DNA from: Syntrophorhabdaceae bacterium
Lineage (GTDB): Bacteria; Desulfobacterota; Syntrophorhabdia; Syntrophorhabdales; Syntrophorhabdaceae
Assembly: GCA_963666485.2 (NCBI GenBank)
Contig: CAXXUO010000002.1
Location: 605,466-669,465 of the forward strand
Reading direction: 5' to 3'
DNA length: 64,000 nucleotides
Shown here: positions 9,218 through 19,388 of the stretch, one piece after another
Layout: the number at the start of each line of letters is the position of its first letter
How positions within the stretch are numbered: the first letter of the stretch is position 1
Position numbers and translations under genes: made by a program
The notes under the pieces: model-generated
The model's database searches: none
Told to the model about the DNA's origin: nothing
What the model saw: the letters and a program-made list of their open reading frames with translations, nothing else

Positions 9218-10135
9218 TTACGCGAAGAACTCGGTGCTCTCGCAGGTCTTGCCGCCGCGGCCGATGAACTCCTCCATGAACGCGTCGCTGAGACCTTCCG
9301 GGTAGCCGACTGCGCTCGTACAGTCGGTCAGGATGACCATCTTCCCGATGTTCACATCACCAAAGTTGTGCATGATATCCCTCACCGTGTTCGCGACACA
9401 GTAATCGTGCGCCTCGCCCGCGATCGGGATCACATCGGCATTCCGGAGGATTTCTATGAGATGCGTATTGAGCAAGGTGCCCGGGTCGTCGGGATCGGCG
9501 ACCTCGGCCTTTACCGCGCTGTAATGCTCCGTGTACGGGTTCGTCCCCTTGATAATATAGTCGACCATCCTGTGATATTTTTTCTCGTACGCAACCAGGG
9601 CATCGAAAAGAACCGGGTACACGCTGCTGCCCACCGAGCCGATCTTGCAGTGAGGAGGCCAGATGACGTGCGGATAACGGCCGGAGGCCTCCAGCGCGTC
9701 TTCGTAGTCGATCGTCCGTCCCAGGGCCTCCGGGCGGGTCGTGACCAGTTCGCCCTTTCGGAGCATCTCCGCGGTGACGACGGACAGCGGGGCGGGATGT
9801 TTCCCCTCGCGGTCCTTGAACCACACCGGGTGGCCGATATCGATGGGGTGATGATTGTCCAGGGTGACATGAATACCCGTCAGCCTGTTGCCGAGCCGGC
9901 CGATCATCGCCGTCAGGCGCTCCATATCCGCCGCCGCACCTGCAACGGCGAGGCTCCCCGTGAACTTTGAAATGAACCTGGCAGCCAGCGGGTCGATGGC
10001 CTCGATCTTCGCGATAACATCCCGGGGAAACCCCGCAAAGCAAAAATCGACCTGCGGGTCGACAACAAGCAGATCGATCCTCAGTTCACGCCCCGTTTCC
10101 GGAATTCTAAAAGTGTTGGGATACTTTCGCGCCAT
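9218..10135 (-). CDS. pncA: Nicotinamidase / isochorismatase-family cysteine hydrolase
   Basis: LLVVDPQVDF, TLDNHH, WPPHC, KG...EHYSA, AGEAHDYCV. Confidence 0.82.
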   Translation of the reverse strand: MARKYPNTFRIPETGRELRIDLLVVDPQVDFCFAGFPRDVIAKIEAIDPLAARFISKFTGSLAVAGAAADMERLTAMIGRLGNRLTGIHVTLDNHHPIDIGHPVWFKDREGKHPAPLSVVTAEMLRKGELVTTRPEALGRTIDYEDALEASGRYPHVIWPPHCKIGSVGSSVYPVLFDALVAYEKKYHRMVDYIIKGTNPYTEHYSAVKAEVADPDDPGTLLNTHLIEILRNADVIPIAGEAHDYCVANTVRDIMHNFGDVNIGKMVILTDCTSAVGYPEGLSDAFMEEFIGRGGKTCESTEFFA

Positions 10136-10222
10136 ACCTTATCCTCGTTTGTCTTATCATATCGAATAATATCCTATTTCCCCCCGGTCAGTCCATCCTC
10201 GCAGCCACCCACTGATAAAAAA

Positions 10223-10357
10223 GGTTCCACGTTCCACGGTTCCACGTTCCACGATAAAAGATAAAGCAAAAGCGAAACCTTAACTCCACCGGCAATGTAA
10301 TTGACGGGTATGCATGATTTTTTTTGCGTGGAACGTGGAACGTGGAACGTGGAACGT
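10223..10357. repeat. Inverted heptamer arrays (GTTCCAC)n ... (GTGGAAC)n
   Basis: About 4 units on each side, read directly. Confidence 0.9.
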
Positions 10358-10375
10358 CAAGCCGCTGCCGGCGGC

Positions 10376-10405
10376 TTGACATTGTTATGAGCATATGCTT
10401 ATAAT
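10376..10405 (+). promoter_or_regulatory. Sigma70-type promoter with overlapping 20-bp palindromic operator
   Basis: TTGACA-N18-TATAAT; palindrome TTATGAGCAT|ATGCTTATAA (10385-10404, 1 mismatch). Confidence 0.8.
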
Positions 10406-10410
10406 ACTGC

Positions 10411-10710
10411 ATGTCGCGCCCGAAGAAATGCAGGTCCACCTGCTGCACCGTCGAATCCGATTATTTCAAACCGCGGGGAATCCCGCTTTCGGACCTCGAC
10501 GAGGTGAACCTCAACATGGACGAGGTCGAGGCACTCAGGCTCGCGGATTACGAGGGCCTCTACCAGGAGGATGCCGCAAAGAGGATGAACATCTCACGGG
10601 CGACATTCGGGCGGATCGTCGAGACGGCACACAGAAAGATAGCGGATGCCATTCTTCACGGCAAGGCCGTGAAAATTGAATCAAAAGAAAGTACTGGAGG
10701 AGATGTATGA
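10411..10710 (+). CDS. DUF134 family HTH protein
   Basis: MSRPKKCR, FKPRGIP, EVEALRLADYEGLYQEDAAKRMNISRATFGRI. Confidence 0.92.
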   Translation: MSRPKKCRSTCCTVESDYFKPRGIPLSDLDEVNLNMDEVEALRLADYEGLYQEDAAKRMNISRATFGRIVETAHRKIADAILHGKAVKIESKESTGGDV

Positions 10711-11084
10711 AACTTTGTTTTGCAGTAGAAAAAGATGAAGGCGCAGAAAGCCTGGTATACGGGCATTTTGGCTCGGCCCCTGCTTTCATCGTCGTGAACA
10801 CGGAAGACAGTGCGATGTTCAAGATCGTCAACAGTGATATCAACCATATCCATGGCGCGTGCAGCCCGATGAAAGCCATCGGCGGTGCCGACATCGACGC
10901 CGTTGTCGTCGGCGGCATCGGGGCCGGGGCATTAAATGGCCTCAATTCCCGGGGTATAAAGGTTTTTAAGGCCATGGAGAATACCATAAGGGAAAACCTG
11001 GCCCTGTTCCGCGATAACAAGCTCCCGGAGCTTACGGTGCTTCATACGTGCGGCGGGCATGCGGGCGGCTGCGCGCACAACTAA
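10707..11084 (+). CDS. NifB/NifX-family cofactor-binding protein
   Basis: HFGSAPAF, HGACSP, VVGGIGAGA, His/Cys-rich tail. Confidence 0.9.
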   Translation: MKLCFAVEKDEGAESLVYGHFGSAPAFIVVNTEDSAMFKIVNSDINHIHGACSPMKAIGGADIDAVVVGGIGAGALNGLNSRGIKVFKAMENTIRENLALFRDNKLPELTVLHTCGGHAGGCAHN

Positions 11085-11099
11085 CACGGAGGAGAAGAT

Positions 11100-11333
11100 A
11101 TGCCCATCTATGAATATAAATGCGAAGAGTGCGGGACGGTAAGTGAATTCATCGTCTTTTCGGCTGATGAAGATGTTGCGTGCCGCTCATGCAGCAGCAC
11201 GAAGTTGACGAAGCTGATGTCCGCACACAACACGACATCGTCTTCCGGCCCCGGCGCGATGCCGAACTTCGGCGGGGGCTGCTGCGGCGACCCGGGGACA
11301 TGCGGATCACCGGGCGGCTGCTGCGCCTGCTGA
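11100..11333 (+). CDS. FmdB-family zinc ribbon protein
   Basis: MPIYEYKCEECG...CRSC...KLMS; Cys-rich tail. Confidence 0.9.
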   Translation: MPIYEYKCEECGTVSEFIVFSADEDVACRSCSSTKLTKLMSAHNTTSSSGPGAMPNFGGGCCGDPGTCGSPGGCCAC

Positions 11334-11394
11334 TACCGGTCCTGCCCGGCATACGCGGGACAGGCGACAATACACGGGATTACGGGGAGGTACG

Positions 11395-11532
11395 ATGAAA
11401 AGCATTATTCTTCTCTTGACGATCGTTGCAACGGGGTTGTTCATTTTCGCGTGTTCTTCATGCCCTGTCCCGCCCGACGCCCCGCGGACCTATTCGCTCA
11501 CGACAGTGCCGGGCGGCACACCTCAAAAATAG
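11395..11532 (+). CDS. 45-aa putative lipoprotein (below ORF-track threshold)
   Basis: MKSIILLLTIVATGLFIFAC-SSCPVPP...; strong RBS ggggagg. Confidence 0.65.
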   Translation: MKSIILLLTIVATGLFIFACSSCPVPPDAPRTYSLTTVPGGTPQK

Positions 11533-11543
11533 GATAAAGCGCT

Positions 11544-12047
11544 ATGCGGGACAACATGGAACCGGGGAACCCGATCGCAGAAAAGGCGCCCATGAGCGTC
11601 CCGGGCCTTATCGGGCGGTACAGGCCTGTCATAAATATCGTTCTCGCCTGCATCGCGATAGGGGTTGAAGTCTATTACAGCATTTGCGCCGGGTCCTGCT
11701 CGTACCTTCGCGGCACCATCCTCGGCATCGGCCTCCAGTACATCGGAATGGCTTTTATGGCCGCGATCATAGTGCTCAGCATCTTCAGGGAACGCTTTCT
11801 CACGTTCCTGCTCATCTCGGCCGCGGTCGGCATTGAGTTCTACCTCATCGGTTTCCAGGTCTGGTACGATACCTACTGCGCGTATTGCCTGGCCTTTGGC
11901 GGGATCATCTTTGTTCTCTATGTGGTGAATTTTATCAGGAAATATGTTTTTTATTCCCTGTTCTGGATGGTTATCGGCCTCATCGGTTTTGCCCTGGTCT
12001 TTAAAGGGTCTGTTGCTCCGACCTATACATACACATTCTTACACTAA
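11544..12047 (+). CDS. VKOR-like membrane disulfide oxidoreductase
   Basis: TM helices, loop Cys pair CAGSC, YCAYC CxxC at a helix start; adjacent to DsbA-like gene. Confidence 0.72.
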   Translation: MRDNMEPGNPIAEKAPMSVPGLIGRYRPVINIVLACIAIGVEVYYSICAGSCSYLRGTILGIGLQYIGMAFMAAIIVLSIFRERFLTFLLISAAVGIEFYLIGFQVWYDTYCAYCLAFGGIIFVLYVVNFIRKYVFYSLFWMVIGLIGFALVFKGSVAPTYTYTFLH

Positions 12048-12068
12048 GGAACAGAGGGTGAGGAAAAA

Positions 12069-12671
12069 ATGAACGAACGGTCAATAAAAAGAGTTTTCAC
12101 CGGGTGCGCGGCTGCGTTTATCCTGCTTCTCCTTGTCGGTCCCGCTTCCACCGTATGCCTGGCGGATGAGCCGGCACTGTCGACCTTCGGCGACGGCAAG
12201 ACGGTCGTCAGGCTTTATGCGGATTATTTTTGCTACCCGTGCCAGGAAATGGAGCCCGGCATAGAACTCATCCTTGCGGACCTTGACCGCCAGAGGGCAG
12301 TGAAGATCGTTTTCATTGACACCCCGTTCAACCGGTATTCCTCGCTGTATGTCAGGTATTTCCTGTACGCCATGAACGAGAAAAAGACCCTGGATAACGC
12401 TTTCATCGTTCGCAAGGCCCTTATCGAGGCCGCAAGGAAGAGAATAGTCGATGCAGAGAAGCTCGAGGCCTTTCTCAACGAAAAGAAGGTCGGTTTCAGG
12501 CCGTTCGACGTGAAGCCCGTGTTCAACACGCTGTCGGGATACCTGAAACAGGACGAGATCGACAGCACCCCCACATGCGTTATAGAAATGAACAACAAGA
12601 CTTACAAGTACAAGGGGGCGGACATAACGGACGCCCTGGAAAGACTGAGACAGAAGAAACCGCTCAAATAG
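12069..12671 (+). CDS. Exported DsbA/thioredoxin-fold protein
   Basis: Signal peptide, YADYFCYPC, cis-Pro loop STPT. Confidence 0.85.
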   Translation: MNERSIKRVFTGCAAAFILLLLVGPASTVCLADEPALSTFGDGKTVVRLYADYFCYPCQEMEPGIELILADLDRQRAVKIVFIDTPFNRYSSLYVRYFLYAMNEKKTLDNAFIVRKALIEAARKRIVDAEKLEAFLNEKKVGFRPFDVKPVFNTLSGYLKQDEIDSTPTCVIEMNNKTYKYKGADITDALERLRQKKPLK

Positions 12672-12693
12672 CGGGAATGGGCTATACTATAGC

Positions 12694-13605
12694 ATGGGCA
12701 TGACAGGCCAAAAGCGGCTGACATTCACCCTCATCGTGACGCTCGTCATCATGGCGGGAGAGTTGATCGGCGGCTATTTAAGCAACAGCCTTGCCCTCTT
12801 AAGCGACGCCGGCCACATGGTCACCGACGCGCTCGCCATCATGCTCGGCCTCGTGGCGGCGGTCATAAGCAAGAGGCCGTCCGACAGGCGTGCCACGTTC
12901 GGTTATGACCGTGTCGGGCTCCTCGCAGCGCTCATCAACGGATTAAGCCTCCTCATCATCGCGGTCGTCATATTCTACGAGTCATACGAGAGGTTCCGGA
13001 CCCCGCCGACCCTGGATATCGCGGTCATGATAGCGATCGCCGGCGTGGGCCTCGCCGGGAACATAGCCATGGTGTTCATCGTGGGCCATAGCCATGATGA
13101 CCTGACGCTGAAAAGTGTCTGGCTTCATGTCCTTGGAGATACCCTGTCGTCGGTGGGCGTCATTATTTCCGGCCTCATCATCTATTATACCGGCTGGACA
13201 TATGCCGACCCCATCGCCAGCGTTCTCATCGGCGGCGTTATCATCTGGGGAGGAGTGAGGCTCGTACGGGACACAATGTCCATATTCCTCAACTTGACCC
13301 CGCGGGGTTTCGACGTAGAAAAGATTGCCGCCGACATCGCGAAGATGCATGACGTCATAGACGTGCACGACGTTCATCTGTGGCCCGTCGCGCATAACCA
13401 GGTCGCTTTTTCGGCCCACATCCTCGTTGATGACAAGACACTGAAAGAGGCCGAAGAAACAAAGAAGAACATCGAGGCTATGCTCAAAAAAGCGGGCGTC
13501 CATCACAGCACGCTGCAGATAGAATGCAGCTGCATCGACTGTGACAACAACCTCTTCTGTGCGATCCGCCCGGACTCCGCCGACCACGACACCCACCACC
13601 ATTAG
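12694..13605 (+). CDS. Cation diffusion facilitator (CzcD/ZitB-like)
   Basis: SLALLSDAGHMVTD, WLHVLGD, VHDVHLW, HSTLQIE. Confidence 0.93.
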   Translation: MGMTGQKRLTFTLIVTLVIMAGELIGGYLSNSLALLSDAGHMVTDALAIMLGLVAAVISKRPSDRRATFGYDRVGLLAALINGLSLLIIAVVIFYESYERFRTPPTLDIAVMIAIAGVGLAGNIAMVFIVGHSHDDLTLKSVWLHVLGDTLSSVGVIISGLIIYYTGWTYADPIASVLIGGVIIWGGVRLVRDTMSIFLNLTPRGFDVEKIAADIAKMHDVIDVHDVHLWPVAHNQVAFSAHILVDDKTLKEAEETKKNIEAMLKKAGVHHSTLQIECSCIDCDNNLFCAIRPDSADHDTHHH

Positions 13606-13616
13606 CCCCATTCAAC

Positions 13617-13891
13617 CTTAGCCGTTAGCGGTTAATGGCACAATAAACGACTGCCATGTCGCAGGCCCCTGTCAGATATCGTCATCCCGGTGCTTGACAC
13701 CGGGATCCAAGGTTTGTCACTTTCTTGTACTGTCTGCGTTTCATATTGCGGAACCATGGAGCCTCGCAGATCTAAAACAAAGACACTGGATCCCGGTGTC
13801 AAGCACCGGGATGACGGCGGTGGTAGTCATTTGTTTGCATATGACCGTTCGCCTTTAGCCTTTCGCCTTTAGCCTTTCGCCGTTCGCCGTT
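13617..13891. repeat. REP doublet (13680-13817) within degenerate heptamer runs
   Basis: cgtcatcccggtgcttgacaccgggatcc and its reverse copy; (gcctttm/gccgtt)-type runs at ~13846-13891. Confidence 0.85.
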
Positions 13892-14025
13892 TTCACATTT
13901 CCTAACGCTTTTATAATGTAATACCAATGCAAGAGAAAATTTTTAATATTAGATACATATAGGCTTGATTAAATGCCTGCGTATGTTATAGTTTACATAT
14001 TCCAAGTTAAATGGGGGCCGGGTAA

Positions 14026-14205
14026 ATGGGTGATAAGAATTTAATTATTCTGTACGTCATCGCAGCACTGATCATGATCGGCGGCTTCGTCATGATCTTC
14101 ATGACCCGCAGCACGACCGTGCTGGCTGCCGGGGCAGTCCTGATCTTCATCGGGCTGTTCGTCTTCCTGTTCGGACGGGAAAAAGCAAAAAAGGCCAAAG
14201 CTTAG
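14026..14205 (+). CDS. 59-aa two-TM membrane protein (below threshold)
   Basis: MGDKNLIILYVIAALIMIGGFVMIFMTRSTTVLAAGAVLIFIGLFVFLFGREKAKKAKA; followed by terminator. Confidence 0.75.
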   Translation: MGDKNLIILYVIAALIMIGGFVMIFMTRSTTVLAAGAVLIFIGLFVFLFGREKAKKAKA

Positions 14206-14230
14206 GAATCCATTATTTATATTGCTTCGT

Positions 14231-14260
14231 AAAAGTCCTGCAATTGCAGGACTTTTTTTT
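14231..14260 (+). terminator. Intrinsic terminator
   Basis: aaaagtcctgcaattgcaggactttttttt. Confidence 0.85.
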
Positions 14261-14358
14261 CGATCCGCAACACCGGCCCTTCTGAACATGGTTGAATTTA
14301 CCCGGCCGGCATTATAATATGTGCGATACCGCCCCGTTGAAGCGGGGGCACCGAAGCC

Positions 14359-15573
14359 ATGAACGAACCACTGCCTGACCATGACGACATTGAGATCATC
14401 CGGCTTGAAGGACGGATAGACAGCATCACCTGCCGGGAGGTCGAATCGGTTTTCAAAGGTTCGGTCATAACTGGCAAAAGGGCCATTGTGGCCGATATGG
14501 AGGGCGTCACCTACATCAGCAGCGCGGGCCTGCGCGTGTTCCTTTCCTTTCAGAAAGAACTGAAGAAGGCCGGAGGGGAGGTATGCTTCCTCAGGACCAG
14601 GCCCGAGGTCTTCTCCATATTCGAGATAAGCGGGTTCACGAAGATCTTCCGGTTCCTCGCGTCCCCCGATGACATTCATTCGCTCGCCCTCACGCGGGCA
14701 GGTTCCGGGACCCGCGAGATCAACTTCGAGCAGGGGACCTTGAAGATACTCGACACAGGGAACGATGCGGCGCAGGGCCTGACACGGATCGGGACGGAAG
14801 AAAAGCTTCCCCCGGCCGATTATACAGAGCATGACGTCAGGTCCATACAGGCGTCCCGGGCCGATTTCGGCGCGGGCTTCACGGCCCTCGGCAATGATTT
14901 TGAAAATTTCAGGGACTTCTTCGGTGAATCCGTGGTCATTGACGGCAACATCTTTGTCTACCCGGCGGTACCGAGGTCGGCGGTGGATTTTATCATCCAC
15001 AGTACCGGCGAGCGCGACACCGTCTATCATTTCCTGTATGGCTTTTCATTCCCGGGGAAGTTCGGGCATCTTGTCTCCTTCGACCCCTCACGGGACCACG
15101 CGACCCTCGACGAGATCATCGGTGAGATAAGCACCGTGGCGAACTCACCCCTGATAGGGATAACCGGCATCTTTGAAAGCCGGGGGCTTTTCGGGATGCG
15201 TTTGAAAAAAATACCTTTCCGTCACAATCACGGGCAGGGGCCGATCGATATCTTTTCCCCCGAAAATTTTCCGGAATGGATCGACTACTCGATAGAGCCG
15301 GAAGACCTATACAACCTCGTGGTTTTCACCGGCATCGCGGTCCGGGACCGGGGGTCCGTCACGGCAGACCTCGGGGGAGTTATCCCGGCTTCGAGGCTCT
15401 TTCACCTGCACGGCATCGTTTTCGACAGGAAGCCGTTCAACAAGGTCCTCGACAACTTTTCCAATGAGCTCAGGAGGATAACGACGGGAATGGAGCCGCG
15501 CAAGGTCCTGCACCTCTTGGGTAAAACACGTGTCGGGCAGGGACTTTTCGGCATCGTCGAACTGAACGGTTAG
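14359..15573 (+). CDS. STAS (anti-sigma antagonist) domain protein with large unassigned C-terminal region
   Basis: RLEGRIDS...DMEGVTYISSAGLRVF...IFEISGF. Confidence 0.85.
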   Translation: MNEPLPDHDDIEIIRLEGRIDSITCREVESVFKGSVITGKRAIVADMEGVTYISSAGLRVFLSFQKELKKAGGEVCFLRTRPEVFSIFEISGFTKIFRFLASPDDIHSLALTRAGSGTREINFEQGTLKILDTGNDAAQGLTRIGTEEKLPPADYTEHDVRSIQASRADFGAGFTALGNDFENFRDFFGESVVIDGNIFVYPAVPRSAVDFIIHSTGERDTVYHFLYGFSFPGKFGHLVSFDPSRDHATLDEIIGEISTVANSPLIGITGIFESRGLFGMRLKKIPFRHNHGQGPIDIFSPENFPEWIDYSIEPEDLYNLVVFTGIAVRDRGSVTADLGGVIPASRLFHLHGIVFDRKPFNKVLDNFSNELRRITTGMEPRKVLHLLGKTRVGQGLFGIVELNG

Positions 15574-15576
15574 ACT

Positions 15577-18402
15577 ATGGAATTGTGGTTTGGCGCTCTT
15601 AACCTCGGATTTCTCTACGCACTTGTTGCAATCGGCATATACATAACATTCCGTATCCATGATTTTCCCGATATAACGGTGGACGGGACATTCACGACAG
15701 GGGCTGCGGTCACGTCTGTCATGGTCGTGTCGGGCATTCACCCGCTGTTTGCCCTGCCCGCCTCTTTCCTTGCCTGTGCCCTCGCCGGAGGCGTCACCGC
15801 CGTCATCAACACCCGGCTCAAGGTCAACAGCCTGCTTGCCGGCATCCTCGTGATGACAGGCCTTTACTCGATCAACCTCCATATAATGGGCCGCTCGAAC
15901 ATACCTCTTCTCGATACCGCCGAGTTCTTTGCGCTCCTTAACCGGGTAAACCCGGGGCTCAACCGGGAGATCTGGACAGCCATCTGTCTTGCCGTCGTCA
16001 TGGCGGGCGTGTGGTCCGTGATCTCCTTTTTCTTCAAGACCGACTTCGGCCTGGCAATGCGGGCGAGCGGCAACAATCCCGCCATGGCCCGGGCATCGGG
16101 CATCAATGTCGACCGCGTGAAGGTTTTCGGGGTCGCTTTCGCCAACGGGCTCGCCGGCCTCTCGGGGAGCCTGGTCGCGCAGTACCAGGGATTTTCCGAC
16201 ATCGGGATGGGGATCGGGACCGTCGTGACGGGCCTAGCATCCGTTATCATAGGCGAGGCCATTTTCAGGAAGCATTCCGTTTATGCGTGGATAGCGAGCG
16301 CTATCGTTGGTTCCGTTATATTCCGGTTCATGATCGCGCTTGCCCTGTTTGCCGGGATGAATCCCATAGACTTAAAGCTCGTGACCGCCATCTTCGTGCT
16401 CGTGACGCTCGCCGTCACCATGAGGATCACAAAGGGCACCGCCTGGGTGCGAAAAAGCCACTTTCTGAAAGTTGCAGTGACGGCCCTCGTCATTATCGGC
16501 ATTATCGCCGGGATACGGTACGGAAAGCTCGGCAGCATCATACCGCAGAAGAAGACGAAGATCGGGGTCTTCCTGATGAGCGACAGCCCCGTCCTCACCA
16601 TCACGCGGGATAGTTTCCTTGCCCATATGGAGGAACTCGGCTACGTCGACGGCCGGAATGCCACCTTCCTCGTGGAGAACGCGAACGGGGACATGGCGAC
16701 GGTCAACACCATCGCCGATAAGTTCATCCGCGAAAAGGTCGATATCGTCGTCCCTGTTTCCACGAATTGCACGCAGGTCGCCATCAACAAGGTGAAGAAC
16801 ATCCCCATCGTGTTCGCGACGGTGGCGAATCCTTTTATCATCGGGGCGGGAAGATCGGAGAAAGACCATCTGCCGAACGTGACGGGCGTCTACGGGGCCA
16901 TGGACATGGCCAGGGTGATGGAGGTTGTGCGAAGGATATTCCCCGGCCCTATTGCGGTCGGCGCCATCTGGGACCCCGGGCAGGCCAATTCGGAATACAA
17001 CGTCGGCCAGCTCAAAGAAGCGCTGAAAGAATATCCCGACATCGGGTTCAAGGGCGGTAATGTCGCGAGTTCCTCCGAGGTCTTCCAGGTCGCGCAGTCA
17101 CTCGTCCACAGGGGCATCGACGCCTTTGTCCAACCCACGGAAAATATCGTGTTCTCGGCATTCGATTCTGTCATCAAGGCGGCCCGAAGCGGAAAGGTGC
17201 CTGTCATTTACACCGATGTCAGCAACCCTGCCAGCGGCGCCCTGATCGTTTACGGGCACACGTATGAAACGAGTGGGAGGCAGGCGGCCAATCTTGTCGA
17301 CCGCATAATTAAAGGAGAAGACCCCGCAGGTATTCCCTTCGAGAAGTACAGGGAAGTCATCCTGGGCGTCAACCTCAAGGTCGCAAAGGAGCTCGGGATA
17401 GCCATCCCGCGCGACGTGACCGACAGGGCCGACCTCATCATAGACGAGGCGGGCAGGCTGCAGCACCGGACAGCTCAAGCGGCCGGACGCAAACAGGCCG
17501 CCACTTCGGGGAAGAAGATGGCCGTGTTCCAGTTCACGAATAACTTTATCCTTGACCTTACCGCAAAGGGGGTTGTCGACGGGCTGAAGAAGAGCGGTGT
17601 CCTCGATAAAGAAAAAATAACGATCGACCAGAAGAATGCCCACGGGGACTACAGTACTGCCCAATCGATAGGGCAGGAGATCGTGAGCAGGAAATATGAC
17701 TACGTCGTAACCGTCTCAACAGTGGCCGCACAGGTGGTGGTACAGCAGAACAAGAAGATCCCCCATGTCTTCGCCGCCGTCACCGATCCCATAAAAACGG
17801 GTATTGCAAAGGGCATGGCCGACCATCCCGCCAATGTGACGGGAATCGCCACGCCCCAGCCCGTGGAATCGACGGTGAAGCTCATGCGCAGGCTGTTCCC
17901 GAAGGCAAAGGTCATCGGCATGATCTGGACCCCGGCCGAAGCCAACTCGGAGATCTGCACGCGGCAGGCGCGGGAAACCGCAAAAAAATTGGGCTTCACG
18001 GTGATCGAAGTGCAGATCGCGGGCACGCAGGAAATAGATGAGGCATTGAGGTCCATCCTCAGCAGTCACCCTGACATATTTTTCACGTCCGGGGATGTCA
18101 CAGTTTCGGCAGCGATCCCTTCCCTGGCCCCGAAATTAAGCCAAAAGAAGATACCCTACTTCACCAACACCCCGGCGGACATTGATTCCGGGGTTTTCCT
18201 CAGCCTCGGGGCCGACTATTACGATGTTGGTTTGAAAGCGGCCGGGCTCGCAACAAGGATCATGACGGGCGAGGACCCGGCAAAAATGCCGATCATTCAT
18301 TTTGTTCCCGAACAGCTCACCTTAAACCTCAAACTCGCGAAGGAATACGGGATCACGATACCTGACGATCTTATCAGGAGAGCATCCAGGGTGGTGAAAT
18401 AA
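15577..18402 (+). CDS. ABC permease fused to two substrate-binding domains (COG4120 + 2x COG2984-like)
   Basis: FPDITVDGTF, GLYSINLHIMGR, QYQGFSDIGMG permease; two repeats with NAxGD / PxVFAxVxxP / NVTG. Confidence 0.9.
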   Translation: MELWFGALNLGFLYALVAIGIYITFRIHDFPDITVDGTFTTGAAVTSVMVVSGIHPLFALPASFLACALAGGVTAVINTRLKVNSLLAGILVMTGLYSINLHIMGRSNIPLLDTAEFFALLNRVNPGLNREIWTAICLAVVMAGVWSVISFFFKTDFGLAMRASGNNPAMARASGINVDRVKVFGVAFANGLAGLSGSLVAQYQGFSDIGMGIGTVVTGLASVIIGEAIFRKHSVYAWIASAIVGSVIFRFMIALALFAGMNPIDLKLVTAIFVLVTLAVTMRITKGTAWVRKSHFLKVAVTALVIIGIIAGIRYGKLGSIIPQKKTKIGVFLMSDSPVLTITRDSFLAHMEELGYVDGRNATFLVENANGDMATVNTIADKFIREKVDIVVPVSTNCTQVAINKVKNIPIVFATVANPFIIGAGRSEKDHLPNVTGVYGAMDMARVMEVVRRIFPGPIAVGAIWDPGQANSEYNVGQLKEALKEYPDIGFKGGNVASSSEVFQVAQSLVHRGIDAFVQPTENIVFSAFDSVIKAARSGKVPVIYTDVSNPASGALIVYGHTYETSGRQAANLVDRIIKGEDPAGIPFEKYREVILGVNLKVAKELGIAIPRDVTDRADLIIDEAGRLQHRTAQAAGRKQAATSGKKMAVFQFTNNFILDLTAKGVVDGLKKSGVLDKEKITIDQKNAHGDYSTAQSIGQEIVSRKYDYVVTVSTVAAQVVVQQNKKIPHVFAAVTDPIKTGIAKGMADHPANVTGIATPQPVESTVKLMRRLFPKAKVIGMIWTPAEANSEICTRQARETAKKLGFTVIEVQIAGTQEIDEALRSILSSHPDIFFTSGDVTVSAAIPSLAPKLSQKKIPYFTNTPADIDSGVFLSLGADYYDVGLKAAGLATRIMTGEDPAKMPIIHFVPEQLTLNLKLAKEYGITIPDDLIRRASRVVK

Positions 18403-19215
18403 GTGATAGAGATATCCGGCTACCACAAAACGTTCAACGCCGGGACCTTAAACGAGGTTCACGCACTTCGCGGCATTGACCTCGCGATACAGGAAGGCGA
18501 GTTCCTCACCATGATAGGAACGAACGGATCGGGGAAGTCAACCCTTCTCAACGCGATCGCCGGCACGTTCCTCCCCGATCGCGGGACGATCACTATCAGC
18601 GGCAGGGATGTGGCAAAAAAAGCCGACTTTCAGCGCGCGCGCTACATCTCGCGCGTATTCCAGAACCCTTTCACGGGAACGGCACCCGACATGACGATCG
18701 CGGAGAATATTCACCTCGCGTTTCTGCGGGGCAGGCCCCGCTTTCCCGTCCCCGGTCTGACACGGGAGCGCCGCGCCTTCTACCGCGAAGAGGTGAGGAT
18801 GCTCGAAATGCAGCTTGAAGACAGGCTCGACAACACGATAGGGACGCTGTCGGGCGGCCAGAGACAGGCGCTCACCCTGCTCATGGCAGTCATGAACGGG
18901 CCGAAGGTCCTCCTTCTCGATGAACATACGGCCGCTCTCGACCCCAAGTCGGCATCACAGATCGTCGCCCTGACCCAAAGATTCATCGAGCGCTATCATC
19001 TCACCACCATCATGATAACGCACAGCATGCAGCAGGCCCTGGAGCTCGGCACCCGGACAGTCCTGATGCACAAGGGAAAGATCATAGAAGAGATAGCCGA
19101 AAAGGACAAAAAATTGCTGACCACGGCCGACCTCCTTGACCGCTTCGCCGACCTGAGGAAACAGGAAAAACTGACGGTTGAAATGATAGAAGAGATGCGG
19201 CGGGAATATCTGTAG
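18403..19215 (+). CDS. ABC transporter ATP-binding protein (COG1101-like)
   Basis: GTNGSGKST, LSGGQRQ, LLLDEHTAALDP. Confidence 0.95.
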   Translation: MIEISGYHKTFNAGTLNEVHALRGIDLAIQEGEFLTMIGTNGSGKSTLLNAIAGTFLPDRGTITISGRDVAKKADFQRARYISRVFQNPFTGTAPDMTIAENIHLAFLRGRPRFPVPGLTRERRAFYREEVRMLEMQLEDRLDNTIGTLSGGQRQALTLLMAVMNGPKVLLLDEHTAALDPKSASQIVALTQRFIERYHLTTIMITHSMQQALELGTRTVLMHKGKIIEEIAEKDKKLLTTADLLDRFADLRKQEKLTVEMIEEMRREYL

Positions 19216-19388
19216 GTCTACCCGCCTTCGTCGTCCCGGCGAACCGGGGCGCTTTTCTAAAAGGCCCTCATTCCGGTGCTTGACACCGGGATCCAGCGTC
19301 TTTAAATAAGTAGAATCGGTACTGGTTTTATAGTTTAAGATGGAAAGATGACACCGGGCTGTGTGTTGTACGTCTGCCCTTTCGGGTT

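Noticed and set aside
10707..11084. Evidence for nitrogen fixation from NifX/NifU-like genes
   Set aside because: These families are widespread in non-diazotrophs, and no nifHDK is present
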